NCBI GenBank assembly: GCA_046757025.1
Contig: JBHHXN010000003.1
Location: 35,248 to 99,247 of the forward strand
Reading direction: 5' to 3'
Length of the DNA stretch: 64,000 bases
From: a bacterium
GTDB lineage: Bacteria; Zhuqueibacterota; Zhuqueibacteria; Oceanimicrobiales; Oceanimicrobiaceae
Shown: positions 29,271 to 38,400 of the stretch, in pieces
How the letters are laid out: each line of letters starts with the position of its first letter
Numbering within the stretch: the first letter of the stretch is position 1
Made by a program: the position numbers and the translations under genes
Notes under the pieces: model-generated
The model's database searches: none
What the model was told of the DNA's origin: nothing
Seen by the model: only the letters and a program-made list of their open reading frames with translations

Positions 29271-30425
29271 TCAATCGGCCTTATTGTTTGCCAGGGGAAT
29301 GAAAACCAAAAACTCCGAACCCCGACCCTTTTCACTCAACAGTTTGATGCCGCCGCCCATGGAATTGACGATAGCCCTCACCGAAGGCAGCCCCAATCCT
29401 AACCCGCCGCCCATAAATCGGTTTTTACTGGTGCTGTGGTATTTGCTGTCCTGCACCTCGTAAAACTTTTCAAACACTTTGCCCTGTTCTGACTTCTCAA
29501 TGCCGATGCCAGTGTCTTTGACGCTGATGACGCAATACGTATCATCACTTTTTGTGGATACCTGCACGGTGCCATTGTCAGGAGTAAATTTTATGGCATT
29601 TTGAATCAATTCTCTCACGACGCCTTTTATTTGTGTCACGTCCGCAACGATATTGAGTGGGGATTTATGCTTAACAAAGGTCAGGGATTGATGTCTTTGT
29701 TTTGCGATTATTTGGTATTCAGTCACTATTTTTTCCAGCAGAGTATTTACTTCAATTTTTTCTTTGGCGAATTCCACTTTTCGATTTTCGACGTTAACCA
29801 GGTTGTGCATATTGGTGACAATTTCTTCCAGGTCATCGATGGCGTCCAGGATGACATTCAAACATTGCTTTTTTTCTTCTTCGGAAAGTTTGTAGAAATG
29901 CTCATCTTCTAATATTCCCAGGTAGCCCCGCAAGTGACTCACCGGCGTCCGTAATTCGTGACTGGTGATGGCGATGAATTTGTCCTTCATCTGTTCTAAA
30001 TCCAGCAATTTTTGGTTAGCCAATTTGAGGGCTCTGTTTTCTTCATCCAAATGAATTTTTTCAAAACATCTCTCAGCCACGTGTCGAATTTGATCCGGTT
30101 TGATGGGTTTTAAGATGAAATCGTACGCACCTTTTTTCATGGCGGCGATGGCGCTCTGAATCGTGGCGTACGCAGTCATGATCACCACTTCTGTGTGCGG
30201 GTAATCTCTTTTGATGGCTTCCAGCAGCTCCACCCCGTACATGATAGGCATTTTCAAATCTGTGAAAACCAACTCATAGGTCTTTCCCCGCATACGTTCC
30301 AGCGCTTCAATGCCGTTGGCAGCGAGGTCCACCTCATAGCCTTTTTTGTTCAAACTGCGGTAGCAAATATTTCGGATAATTTCCTCATCATCCACAATCA
30401 ACACATTTTGCGAAACCTGTTCCAT
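29271..30425 (-). CDS. Hybrid receiver-histidine kinase (REC-HisKA-HATPase), cytoplasmic
   Basis: VLIVDDE...FTDLKMP receiver; TSHELRTP H-box; LIQNAIKFT, KDTGIGI, GGLGLGL. Confidence 0.93.
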   Translation of the reverse strand: MEQVSQNVLIVDDEEIIRNICYRSLNKKGYEVDLAANGIEALERMRGKTYELVFTDLKMPIMYGVELLEAIKRDYPHTEVVIMTAYATIQSAIAAMKKGAYDFILKPIKPDQIRHVAERCFEKIHLDEENRALKLANQKLLDLEQMKDKFIAITSHELRTPVSHLRGYLGILEDEHFYKLSEEEKKQCLNVILDAIDDLEEIVTNMHNLVNVENRKVEFAKEKIEVNTLLEKIVTEYQIIAKQRHQSLTFVKHKSPLNIVADVTQIKGVVRELIQNAIKFTPDNGTVQVSTKSDDTYCVISVKDTGIGIEKSEQGKVFEKFYEVQDSKYHSTSKNRFMGGGLGLGLPSVRAIVNSMGGGIKLLSEKGRGSEFLVFIPLANNKAD

Positions 30426-30427
30426 AG

Positions 30428-30736
30428 CTATTTTTCTCTTTCTGTACCCGCGATACTGAGACTTTCGGATTTTTTACAATTTTCAATGTGGATAATATTT
30501 TGAAACTCGAAAACTAAATCTTCCAACCGACGCGCCTGTTTCTCAATTTGAACGACATCTCGGTAAATGGGGTGATCCTGATCGATCTCCTCTTTGATGA
30601 GCGCGCAATAGCCGGCAATTCCCGTGAGCGGCTGATTCATTTCGTGGCCGATCATTTCGGCTAATTCCAACACGGACTGCAATTTTTTGTGTTGTATGAT
30701 CTCATCTTCAAACTCTTTCGTGCGGTTCTTGTTCAT
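30428..30736 (-). CDS. Stand-alone HisKA/DHp-domain protein with no ATPase domain
   Basis: KKLQSVLELAEMIGHEMNQPLTGIAGY H-box; 102 aa; stop codon 2 nt before the start of the REC-HK. Confidence 0.75.
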   Translation of the reverse strand: MNKNRTKEFEDEIIQHKKLQSVLELAEMIGHEMNQPLTGIAGYCALIKEEIDQDHPIYRDVVQIEKQARRLEDLVFEFQNIIHIENCKKSESLSIAGTEREK

Positions 30737-31128
30737 ATTCTCAGCAATTTTCGGGATGACTTTTTAATCGATTAATTTGAACAATCCATGCTTTCTCTCC
30801 ACACTTAACCGCGTCGCAAAAACCTTCTTATCCATTTCGGGGAAGAATCGTTTCAAACGTCGTTCAAAATGACAAACAAATTTTGGAGAAACCCAGATAT
30901 TAGTTTGTGATACGTTCATTTGAAATTATCGGCAATATGCGATCTATTCTGTAACAATCGTGCAGGACTCCGGAAGATAGCAGGCAGGTATTTTGAATTC
31001 CACACCGACGGTATTTATTACCTTCAACTTAATTAAAATCTGTGGAATAGCTTATTGGATTGGTATATATTTAAAAAAAAAATATTTAATGTCAAGTATT
31101 TTATGCTTAATCGCAACATATTTCGTTT

Positions 31129-31839
31129 TTATAACGAAATTGTTTTATATTCTTCATATAATGACATGACATGTGGAATAAAATTCGTGGTTTCTGCCAG
31201 CAAGATGCCATCGGCTTTGTCGTTGGATAACCAGACCGCCGCTCGTTTCTCGCCGCCGCTAAAAGCCGCTAGCCCGCCTTCCAGCTCGTAGTTATTGATG
31301 AGCGCCGAAAGTCGCCGGCAGCCGATACGAATGTTGTAAATCGGATTGAACAAGATTTCCTGTGTAGAAGTCCAGGTGATGTTTTCATAGTATGCAACCC
31401 ACAAGCCGGTGGTCGGCATTATCTGCATCAAACCCATGGCTCCGGACTCCGAAACAACTTCCGGATCCCAAGAGCCGCCGCTGGCCTGGGTAATGGTGGC
31501 ACTGATCAGGTCGATATCCAAATTCGTATATTTCACGCTCATGTTGTAAATTTCTTCGGCAATTTCATATTTCATGCTGGATGGCATTTCGGTATTGTAT
31601 TTTTCAATGATGCTCATGACTTTTTGTATGTTGTATTGCCGGATACTATCGACATTCATGGCAGCCCGTATTTCCTGAAGGGTCTTTTCCAAATCCATCA
31701 ATTTGGGATTTTTTTGCACCGGATTCACCCAGAAGATTTTGTAATAAAGGGTCACCATGCCGATGACGACAGCCACGACTATCAGCCCTCTTGCAATCAT
31801 GGAGCCCACAGGGAGCAGCTTGTCAATGCTTTTGGACAT
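31129..31839 (-). CDS. Membrane-anchored SLT (lytic transglycosylase) domain protein with degenerate catalytic motifs
   Basis: GAMGLMQIMPTT and NPIYNIRIG retained; motif I reads ITQAS (no Glu) and motif III reads LAAFSGG (normally AYNxG). Confidence 0.82.
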   Translation of the reverse strand: MSKSIDKLLPVGSMIARGLIVVAVVIGMVTLYYKIFWVNPVQKNPKLMDLEKTLQEIRAAMNVDSIRQYNIQKVMSIIEKYNTEMPSSMKYEIAEEIYNMSVKYTNLDIDLISATITQASGGSWDPEVVSESGAMGLMQIMPTTGLWVAYYENITWTSTQEILFNPIYNIRIGCRRLSALINNYELEGGLAAFSGGEKRAAVWLSNDKADGILLAETTNFIPHVMSLYEEYKTISL

Positions 31840-32167
31840 CGAACGCCTCCTTTCGATGAGTAGTTTGGACCATCGGATTTCTTTTCACTACATCCAGAGA
31901 ATCATGCCCCTATTTTCGGTTACTGAATAAAAGATATTTAACCCGAATAATTCCTAATGCAGCTTATAGCTGCAAACTAATTCTAATTTCCACGCAGAGC
32001 CAACAGGCTTGCAAAGAAAAGAACAAATATTTTTACAACCATTGCCTCCTTGTGTGAGCTTTTATTTACACCCAAAACCAGCGATTAGCTTTTCGCTTTT
32101 GGCCATTGGTAGTTAATTTTTGCTAATTACGTTGAGACTCTCATTTTACCCGTTAGGCCGGTCTGCG

Positions 32168-32194
32168 CCTGCCTGTGCCGGCACGGCAGACAGG
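32168..32194. repeat. 27-bp GC-rich palindrome
   Basis: CCTGCCTGTGCCGGCACGGCAGACAGG in an AT-rich spacer. Confidence 0.5.
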
Positions 32195-32489
32195 TGCACG
32201 CATAGGCCGGGTGCGTTACAAAAACCATTTTAGCTACTGGTGTTTTATTTGATAACAGCCAATAGCGAATCGCTCAATTTAAGTTAAAATTATTTTGCCC
32301 CTAATCATTTTTCCTTTTTGGTTACGGCTCCGCCGGATTAGGAATAATGCAGGTTAATTGATTCTTGATTAAAGTTCAGGATAAAATTGCAGCAGGTGCA
32401 AATCGCTTCCGGCCAAAGCCTTGATGGTTTTTTACAAAGACTTCCTGCCTCGATTTCATTCGGTCATTCCTGCGAACATCAGGGCACAT

Positions 32490-33101
32490 TTAAATATTAT
32501 TGGTCTTGAGCACGGTTCGAATTTCTTCGATGGATTTTTTCACCACCACATTTAAACTCTCGCTGATGGCCTGAACTACCCCCACGGGCGCCTTGGAGGC
32601 GGCCGGAGTTTTTTCGGTAATGGTTTTTTCCCAAACGATTTCATTGTTTGCGGAATTGTGCAATTGAAACTCCAGCGTCACGATGCCAAACCAGGCCTGG
32701 CTTTCATCCCACTCTTCAAAGGCCAGGATCCGACCTTTTAAAATATAGTCAATTTTAAAAGTCGAGGGCAAATTGACCACTCTTTTAAAAACACCAGACG
32801 CCCGATAATGTTTATGAACGGTTTCGGCGACGATTTTCTTTGGCGGCGCCACCCACCTTCTGTAATGATAAAATTGCACTTCGTATGGCGAATATCGATA
32901 AACAATCTTATCGTTTTCGAATAAATGGTCCGCGGTGAATGGAGCGATTCCCAGGGTGATGGGAATGATATCGTTATTGTGCGGATTGGGCGCTTCCATT
33001 TCGTAATCCACACGATAAAAATAGGTTGGCGGAACCCCGCCGCAGTGACAAAAAACCAGAAAAGAGGAGGTAATCAAAAGGGTTGCGATTAATCTATTCA
33101 T
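32490..33101 (-). CDS. ABC-type transport auxiliary lipoprotein (PqiC-like)
   Basis: FCHC lipobox, PTYFYRVDY, IVYR..PYEVQFYHYRRWVAPP, YILKGRILAFEE; last gene of the mla-like operon. Confidence 0.82.
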   Translation of the reverse strand: MNRLIATLLITSSFLVFCHCGGVPPTYFYRVDYEMEAPNPHNNDIIPITLGIAPFTADHLFENDKIVYRYSPYEVQFYHYRRWVAPPKKIVAETVHKHYRASGVFKRVVNLPSTFKIDYILKGRILAFEEWDESQAWFGIVTLEFQLHNSANNEIVWEKTITEKTPAASKAPVGVVQAISESLNVVVKKSIEEIRTVLKTNNI

Positions 33102-33132
33102 CCAATAAATTCCTTTTTGGTGTTAAATTGCG

Positions 33133-34035
33133 TTAAGGGATCTTTCTTTCTGGCGGAGCAGCTTTTCGAACCAATAGCCAGGGTCGTTCTTTCACTATTC
33201 TGGTAAACTCTTCCAGGTTTTGGGAAGCATATTGAAAATTTTCCATTATTTCCACGATATTTGTGCTGTTATCGGTCATCATGTTTTCCAGCAGCGACAA
33301 GGTCTGCCGCATTTCTGCGATCAGCAGGGTGGTTTCTTTGGTGGTGCTATCCAAATGAGAGATGGTCTCACTGAAATTTTCTTTGTTGTGTGCAAGTAAC
33401 TCCTCCACCTCCTTGCTCATGGCAGCCAAATTGGCCGTTAAATTTTCCAAATTGCGCATGACGTTGACAAAACGGCTCTGGCCGTTGGTGATCATACTAT
33501 CCACACCGGCCAGCACAGAGTTCAAATGTGCGCGGTTTTCATCGTTGAAAATCGAAACCACGCGCTCCATAAACTCCTGCAGTTGCTCATTCAGCTCGCC
33601 AAACGGCTCGGCCATTTGTGTAAAACTGAGCACTTCCTTGCTTTCCAGCACGCTACCCTGCGGCAGCAGATCGGCATCAAGCGAACCAGCAGATATCTCG
33701 ATGTGCTGATCGGCCATGATACCGACGGAGGTGACATACGCTTTCGAATCCACCCGCACCGGTGTTTTCTGGTTAATTTTAATTTTAACAGTGATGGCGC
33801 TTTGAATTTGGTCCGGTAGCTTAATTTCAGAGACAACACCGACGTCCATGCCGCCGTATTTCACCAGCGAACCTTTGGAAATGCCGCCAACATAGCGTAA
33901 ATAAGTGGTGTATTCTTTGGTTTCTTCTCCCACATCGATTCCAAATATCACCACCAAAAAAACGATAAAGATGGTCAGGCTGATAAAAATCATCAACCCC
34001 GCTTTAATTTCATTTGGCTTAAAATTCATACCCAA
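33133..34035 (-). CDS. mlaD: MCE/MlaD family protein with a long C-terminal helical region
   Basis: EIKAGL anchor, GISKGSLVKYGGMDVGVV MCE motif, SVGIMADQHIEI, C-terminal RPWLLVR. Confidence 0.88.
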   Translation of the reverse strand: MGMNFKPNEIKAGLMIFISLTIFIVFLVVIFGIDVGEETKEYTTYLRYVGGISKGSLVKYGGMDVGVVSEIKLPDQIQSAITVKIKINQKTPVRVDSKAYVTSVGIMADQHIEISAGSLDADLLPQGSVLESKEVLSFTQMAEPFGELNEQLQEFMERVVSIFNDENRAHLNSVLAGVDSMITNGQSRFVNVMRNLENLTANLAAMSKEVEELLAHNKENFSETISHLDSTTKETTLLIAEMRQTLSLLENMMTDNSTNIVEIMENFQYASQNLEEFTRIVKERPWLLVRKAAPPERKIP

Positions 34036-34046
34036 CTCCTTACGTA

Positions 34047-34838
34047 CTAAGTGCTGCCGGTGAGGGTGTTCAGGAATTTCTCCCGATCGATCTCGTCGTC
34101 GTCCGGCACCCGGTTAAAAAACTGCTGCGTCACCGGACTAGGGTTGTTTTTTAGCTCCTCGGTGGTTCCTACAGCAAGGATTTTTCCCTCGTGCATCATC
34201 GCGACGCGGTCGGCAATGATTTCCACCGAAGCCAGCTCATGCGTCACGACCACGATGGTCATTTTAAAGGCGCGCTTGAGCCTGAGGATCAACTGGTCGA
34301 TGCCAGCCGCCACCACCGGATCCAATCCGGCCGAAGGTTCATCGCAGAACAGGATTTCCGGATCCATGGCCAGCGACCGTGCCAGACCAGCGCGTTTTTT
34401 CATGCCGCCTGAAAGCTGGGAGGGTTTAAAATTTTCAAATCCGGAAAGCCCCACCAGATCTAACTTCATATTCGTCATGATTTTAATGGTACTCTCTTCG
34501 AGCTGCGTGTGCTCGCGCAAGGCCAGAGCGACATTGTCGCCCACGGTCATGGAATTGAACAGGGCTGCCGATTGAAACAGCATCCCGACTTTTTTCAAGA
34601 GCTCCACTTTTTCGGACTCCGTCATGGTGGTGATGTCATGACCTTTAATCAGAATCTGCCCTCGGGTGGGCACAGATAAACCGATGATATGCCGCAGTAA
34701 GGTACTTTTTCCGCAGCCGGACTTGCCCAAAATCGCGATGGATTCACCTTTGTTAATGTCCAGATTGATGCCATCCAGAATCGTGCGGTTGCCGTAGGTA
34801 ACGACCAAATCTCTTATTTGGATGATGGGCTCTTCCAT
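34047..34838 (-). CDS. mlaF: ABC ATPase, MlaF/Mkl family
   Basis: GKSGCGKS, LFQSAALF, LSGGMKKRAGLAR, FCDEPSAGLDP, VVTHE. Confidence 0.93.
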   Translation of the reverse strand: MEEPIIQIRDLVVTYGNRTILDGINLDINKGESIAILGKSGCGKSTLLRHIIGLSVPTRGQILIKGHDITTMTESEKVELLKKVGMLFQSAALFNSMTVGDNVALALREHTQLEESTIKIMTNMKLDLVGLSGFENFKPSQLSGGMKKRAGLARSLAMDPEILFCDEPSAGLDPVVAAGIDQLILRLKRAFKMTIVVVTHELASVEIIADRVAMMHEGKILAVGTTEELKNNPSPVTQQFFNRVPDDDEIDREKFLNTLTGST

Positions 34839-34844
34839 GCGCGC

Positions 34845-35648
34845 TTAAAAGGCAGAATAAAATAATCCCGTAAAAAAAACATCCGCGGCAATGATTAAAA
34901 ATATCGAAGTGACTACGGATTTGGTGGTGGATTTACCCACCCCTTCTGCGCCGCCTTCCACGTTGAAACCTTCATAACTGCCAATATTGGCGATGATCAA
35001 CGCAAAAAAAACGCTTTTAATCAACCCGCTGAACAGGTCTTTAAAAACCAGCGCGGAAATGGTTTGGTTGATGTAACGAACGCTGGTGATATCCAGTGTC
35101 GATATGGAAATCACGTATCCACCAACGATTCCGATGAAATCAGCCAGGATGGTTAAACAGGGCAGCATGATCAACATGGCAAGGGTGCGCGGAACCACCA
35201 GGAATTTTATCGGATTAAATCCCATAGTTTTGAGTGCATCGATTTCTTCGGACACTTTCATGGTGCCGATTTCGGCGGTAATAGCCGAGCCATTCCTTCC
35301 CGTGACGACAATGGCGGTTAGCAGCGGCGACAGCTCGCGGGTGATGGATACCGCCACTAAATTGGCCACGTAGATGGTGGCGCCAAACTGCTGCAGCTGG
35401 TACGCCGACTGCATGGCGATGATCAAACCCACAAAAAACGCGATAAGCCCGACAATGGGGATGGATTCATAACCTATCTTGACCATTTGCTCAAAGGTGC
35501 TTTTCCAGCCTATCGTTTGACCTTTGATGGGCGCCATGAAAGTCCAATAAAATGTGCGGTAAGCCAGCACGGCTATCCGGTTTAAATGACCCAAAAAATT
35601 GAAAGCTGTGCGGCCGATGATGCCAAACAATTTTATTACAAAAGTCAT
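34845..35648 (-). CDS. mlaE: ABC permease, MlaE family
   Basis: RELSPLLTAIVVTGRNGSAITAEIGTMKVSEEIDAL, GAEGVGKSTT. Confidence 0.93.
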   Translation of the reverse strand: MTFVIKLFGIIGRTAFNFLGHLNRIAVLAYRTFYWTFMAPIKGQTIGWKSTFEQMVKIGYESIPIVGLIAFFVGLIIAMQSAYQLQQFGATIYVANLVAVSITRELSPLLTAIVVTGRNGSAITAEIGTMKVSEEIDALKTMGFNPIKFLVVPRTLAMLIMLPCLTILADFIGIVGGYVISISTLDITSVRYINQTISALVFKDLFSGLIKSVFFALIIANIGSYEGFNVEGGAEGVGKSTTKSVVTSIFLIIAADVFFTGLFYSAF

Positions 35649-35649
35649 G

Positions 35650-35985
35650 TTAATCTAAGGCGGTTTTGGCTTCTTCGATGGAAGGAAAGATGTCAAACAC
35701 TTTGTCTAATCTACTCAATTCAAAAACGTCTTTTACGGCGTCGCGTAAATTTGCTAATCTCAATTTGCCCCCGTACTTTTTCACCTGTTGTAACGCTTCA
35801 ACTAAAGTGGCTATTCCGGAGCTGTCCATGTATTTCACGTTCTTTAAATCAACCAATATTGCTTTATGTCCGGCTTTTGTCAATTCAAGAAGTTCTGTCC
35901 TCAGGCCGGGTGAAGTGTATAAATCGACATCACCATCCACCTCGACCACCTTTAACAAATTATCCGTTAAAACTCTAACTTCCAT
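35650..35985 (-). CDS. STAS-domain protein (RsbV/SpoIIAA-like; occupies the MlaB position)
   Basis: VDGDVDLYTSPGLR, VDLKNVKYMDSSG, VFELSRL; coupled to both neighbours. Confidence 0.9.
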   Translation of the reverse strand: MEVRVLTDNLLKVVEVDGDVDLYTSPGLRTELLELTKAGHKAILVDLKNVKYMDSSGIATLVEALQQVKKYGGKLRLANLRDAVKDVFELSRLDKVFDIFPSIEEAKTALD

Positions 35986-36404
35986 CAGCTCTCCTTCTTT
36001 CCGGGTAAATATTTTGTCAAGGTTAACTCGTTGCCTTCTTTCAGTGTCGTGTTGTAATAAACTCGATCCATGGTACTTTTTATCAAATGAACTCCCAATC
36101 CGCCGGGTCTAATGTCATCTAAATCCCGTGACTTAATTTTCTTGGGGTCGGCTTTTTCACCAAAATCACGCAGCACGATTTCCAGTCGGTCATGGAGCAG
36201 GCGAAAAATAATCACGATGGGTTTATTCGGTGCGCCGTTGTAAGCGTGTTTAATGATATTCGAAGCCGCTTCATCCACCGCCAGGATCACGGCATTTCGC
36301 TCTTCCTGCGTAAATTCACATATATCGCACAAATGCGACACACCGCATCGTACGACTTTCAGTAACTGAGGGTTGCTCGGAATTTTGATTTCAATTTCAT
36401 CCAC
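35985..36404 (-). CDS. RsbW/SpoIIAB-like anti-sigma factor Ser kinase (HATPase_c_2)
   Basis: LAVDEAASNIIKHAY, LRDFG, RPGGLGVHLIKSTMD; GTG start with GGAG RBS; TGATG overlap with the STAS gene. Confidence 0.9.
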   Translation of the reverse strand: MDEIEIKIPSNPQLLKVVRCGVSHLCDICEFTQEERNAVILAVDEAASNIIKHAYNGAPNKPIVIIFRLLHDRLEIVLRDFGEKADPKKIKSRDLDDIRPGGLGVHLIKSTMDRVYYNTTLKEGNELTLTKYLPGKKES

Positions 36405-36599
36405 AGATGCTTCTCCGCTTGCTCAATATGGCTTTTAATAAAAAATGTCTCATTCGTTTCTGTTTGACCCCCATCGCAACGCTTGTCTCGCCGCTGATTT
36501 TCCTCCGATCAATTTATGGTAGAATCTGTATAGTCCCGCACCTGCTGGTTGCGAAAAAGCGGTCATTTCAGGCTTCAGGTTCAAACGGTTCAAAAAAGA

Positions 36600-37937
36600 T
36601 CACCGCCACCTAAAGGCAACAATGGTCAAATCGTCGGATTGTTCGGCGTCGTTGACAAATCGCTGCACGTCATTTAACAGATTGGCAACCAAAGCTTCGA
36701 CAGTCGAGTGCTCTTTCAACAACGTATTTAAAGTACGTTTTAACGTGTAGAAGTCTTTCGATTTATTTTTAGCTTCAATGATGCCATCGGTTATTAAAAT
36801 GATAAATTCGCTTTGCTTCAATTGAAGCGATTTCTCCGTAACGCTAAATGAGTCTATAATTCCCAGAGGCACGGTTTTACCATCTCGTATGAGATGACAT
36901 TCGCCTTTCTCTGGATTCACCTTGATAAACGGAATGTGCCCGGCATTGGCATAGGTGAACCTGCCGGTGGCGGTGTTCAACAGCCCATACTGAAAGGTGA
37001 CAAACATCCCTCGACGACTGCGATCCACCAAAATTTTATTTAAAGCCTTTAGGACCTGGGATGGATATTTATATATTTGCGAATAAATTCGAAAATCACT
37101 GACAAACCGCGCCATGTAAAGCGCCGCGGGAATCCCTTTCCCGGTGACATCGCCGACGGCCACACCCACGGTATCGTCATCGATTTTGACGACATCAAAA
37201 AAATCGCCGCCGATGGAAGTGGCTGGCAAACTTTTGGCCGCAATGGAAATCGTCCCTTCCGGGAAACTGGGAAAAGACTCGGGCATGAAACTCTGCTGGA
37301 TAAATTTGGCCGCCTCCAGTTGCTGCTCCAGCTTTTGCGCTTCCAGCTTCATTTTGTACATACGGGCATTTTCGATGGCCATGGCGACCTGGCGACAAAA
37401 AGTCGAAAACAACTCCAGATCCTCGTTGTTAAAGGCTTCCCCGTCTCTTCGGTTGATCACCTCAGCCACACCGATGGTTTTATTTTTCACTATCAACGGC
37501 GCGGCCAGGATGGAGCGGGTTTTGAAGCCGGTGTCGCTGTCAACCGTCGGGTTAAAGCGCGGATCGGTAAGCACATCCGGCACTATCTGCGGTTCACCAT
37601 GTTGCGCCACCCAACCGGCGATGCCCTCGCCCAATTTCAACTGCATGTTTTTTTTAACTTGCTCGCCGACGGAACCAAGGGCGACCGCGCATTCGAGAAT
37701 ATTCTTCTCTTCGTTTAATAACATCACCGAGCTGGCTTCCGCTTTCATCACAGCCTGGGCTTTTTCCATTACCAGCTCGATAAGCTCATCCAATTCCAGT
37801 GCAGAATTGATGATGATGCTCACTTCGATTAAACTTGAAAGATCCTTGACTTTGCTGCGCAGTTGATGCAATTCTTGCGTCACATTTTTCATGTTTAATC
37901 TATCGGCATTGATGCTTTCTTGTTTAATTTTAACCAT
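36600..37937 (-). CDS. GAF + SpoIIE/RsbU-type PP2C phosphatase
   Basis: GAF region (GEGIAGWVA, SILAAPL), IGGDFFD, VGDVTGKG, ANAGH, ITDGIIEA, DDLTIV. Start probably 37937 or 37892 rather than the track's 38099. Confidence 0.92.
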   Translation of the reverse strand: MVKIKQESINADRLNMKNVTQELHQLRSKVKDLSSLIEVSIIINSALELDELIELVMEKAQAVMKAEASSVMLLNEEKNILECAVALGSVGEQVKKNMQLKLGEGIAGWVAQHGEPQIVPDVLTDPRFNPTVDSDTGFKTRSILAAPLIVKNKTIGVAEVINRRDGEAFNNEDLELFSTFCRQVAMAIENARMYKMKLEAQKLEQQLEAAKFIQQSFMPESFPSFPEGTISIAAKSLPATSIGGDFFDVVKIDDDTVGVAVGDVTGKGIPAALYMARFVSDFRIYSQIYKYPSQVLKALNKILVDRSRRGMFVTFQYGLLNTATGRFTYANAGHIPFIKVNPEKGECHLIRDGKTVPLGIIDSFSVTEKSLQLKQSEFIILITDGIIEAKNKSKDFYTLKRTLNTLLKEHSTVEALVANLLNDVQRFVNDAEQSDDLTIVAFRWR

Positions 37938-38318
37938 GCTAAAGTGTTGATTTTCAATTCCTGTATGTGAGCACAATTCAAAAAGATATAATAATCCCCT
38001 TTCAAATGCAAGAAAAAAAAGACCGGCCAGTCTGACGGGGGGAGCAAAAGGTTCGTACTTTTCAACTCTCAGCACGTCCCGGCCATCGAAATGCTCCACA
38101 GACCGTAGAGATTTTACACAATAAGAGGCCGGAGGAAATGCAAATTCATTTGGATCGGGTAAATTATCCCCGGTTATTGGGCGGTTTTTTTGTCCAAATT
38201 CCGAACAGTTGCATCAAAAAGAAACATTATTAAACTTGATTTTTAAAAATACGCAAGAACCACATAACGTTTGTAATTGCAATAATATAAGTTACACCGA
38301 TTCTAATAGTTTTTTAAT

Positions 38319-38333
38319 GGCATATTAATTGCC
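38319..38333 (+). promoter_or_regulatory. Candidate sigma54 (-24/-12) promoter of the kinase/pilus locus
   Basis: GGGCATATTAATTGC matches (T)GGCAYR-N4-TTGC with exact GG-N10-GC spacing, about 70 nt upstream of the first ATG. Confidence 0.5.
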
Positions 38334-38400
38334 TTTCACCTCTTAACCCAGTGTCTACACTTTAAATGAACAACAACGCATCATGAGGAAAACATCTTAG

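Noticed and set aside
31958-31974. Palindrome TGCAGC-TTATA-GCTGCA as an operator
   Set aside because: Single short palindrome with no second copy seen and no candidate regulator.
37938-38099. N-terminal 54 aa of the track ORF 36600..38099
   Set aside because: Non-homologous-looking sequence in an AT-rich spacer; later ATGs fit the coiled-coil/GAF start.
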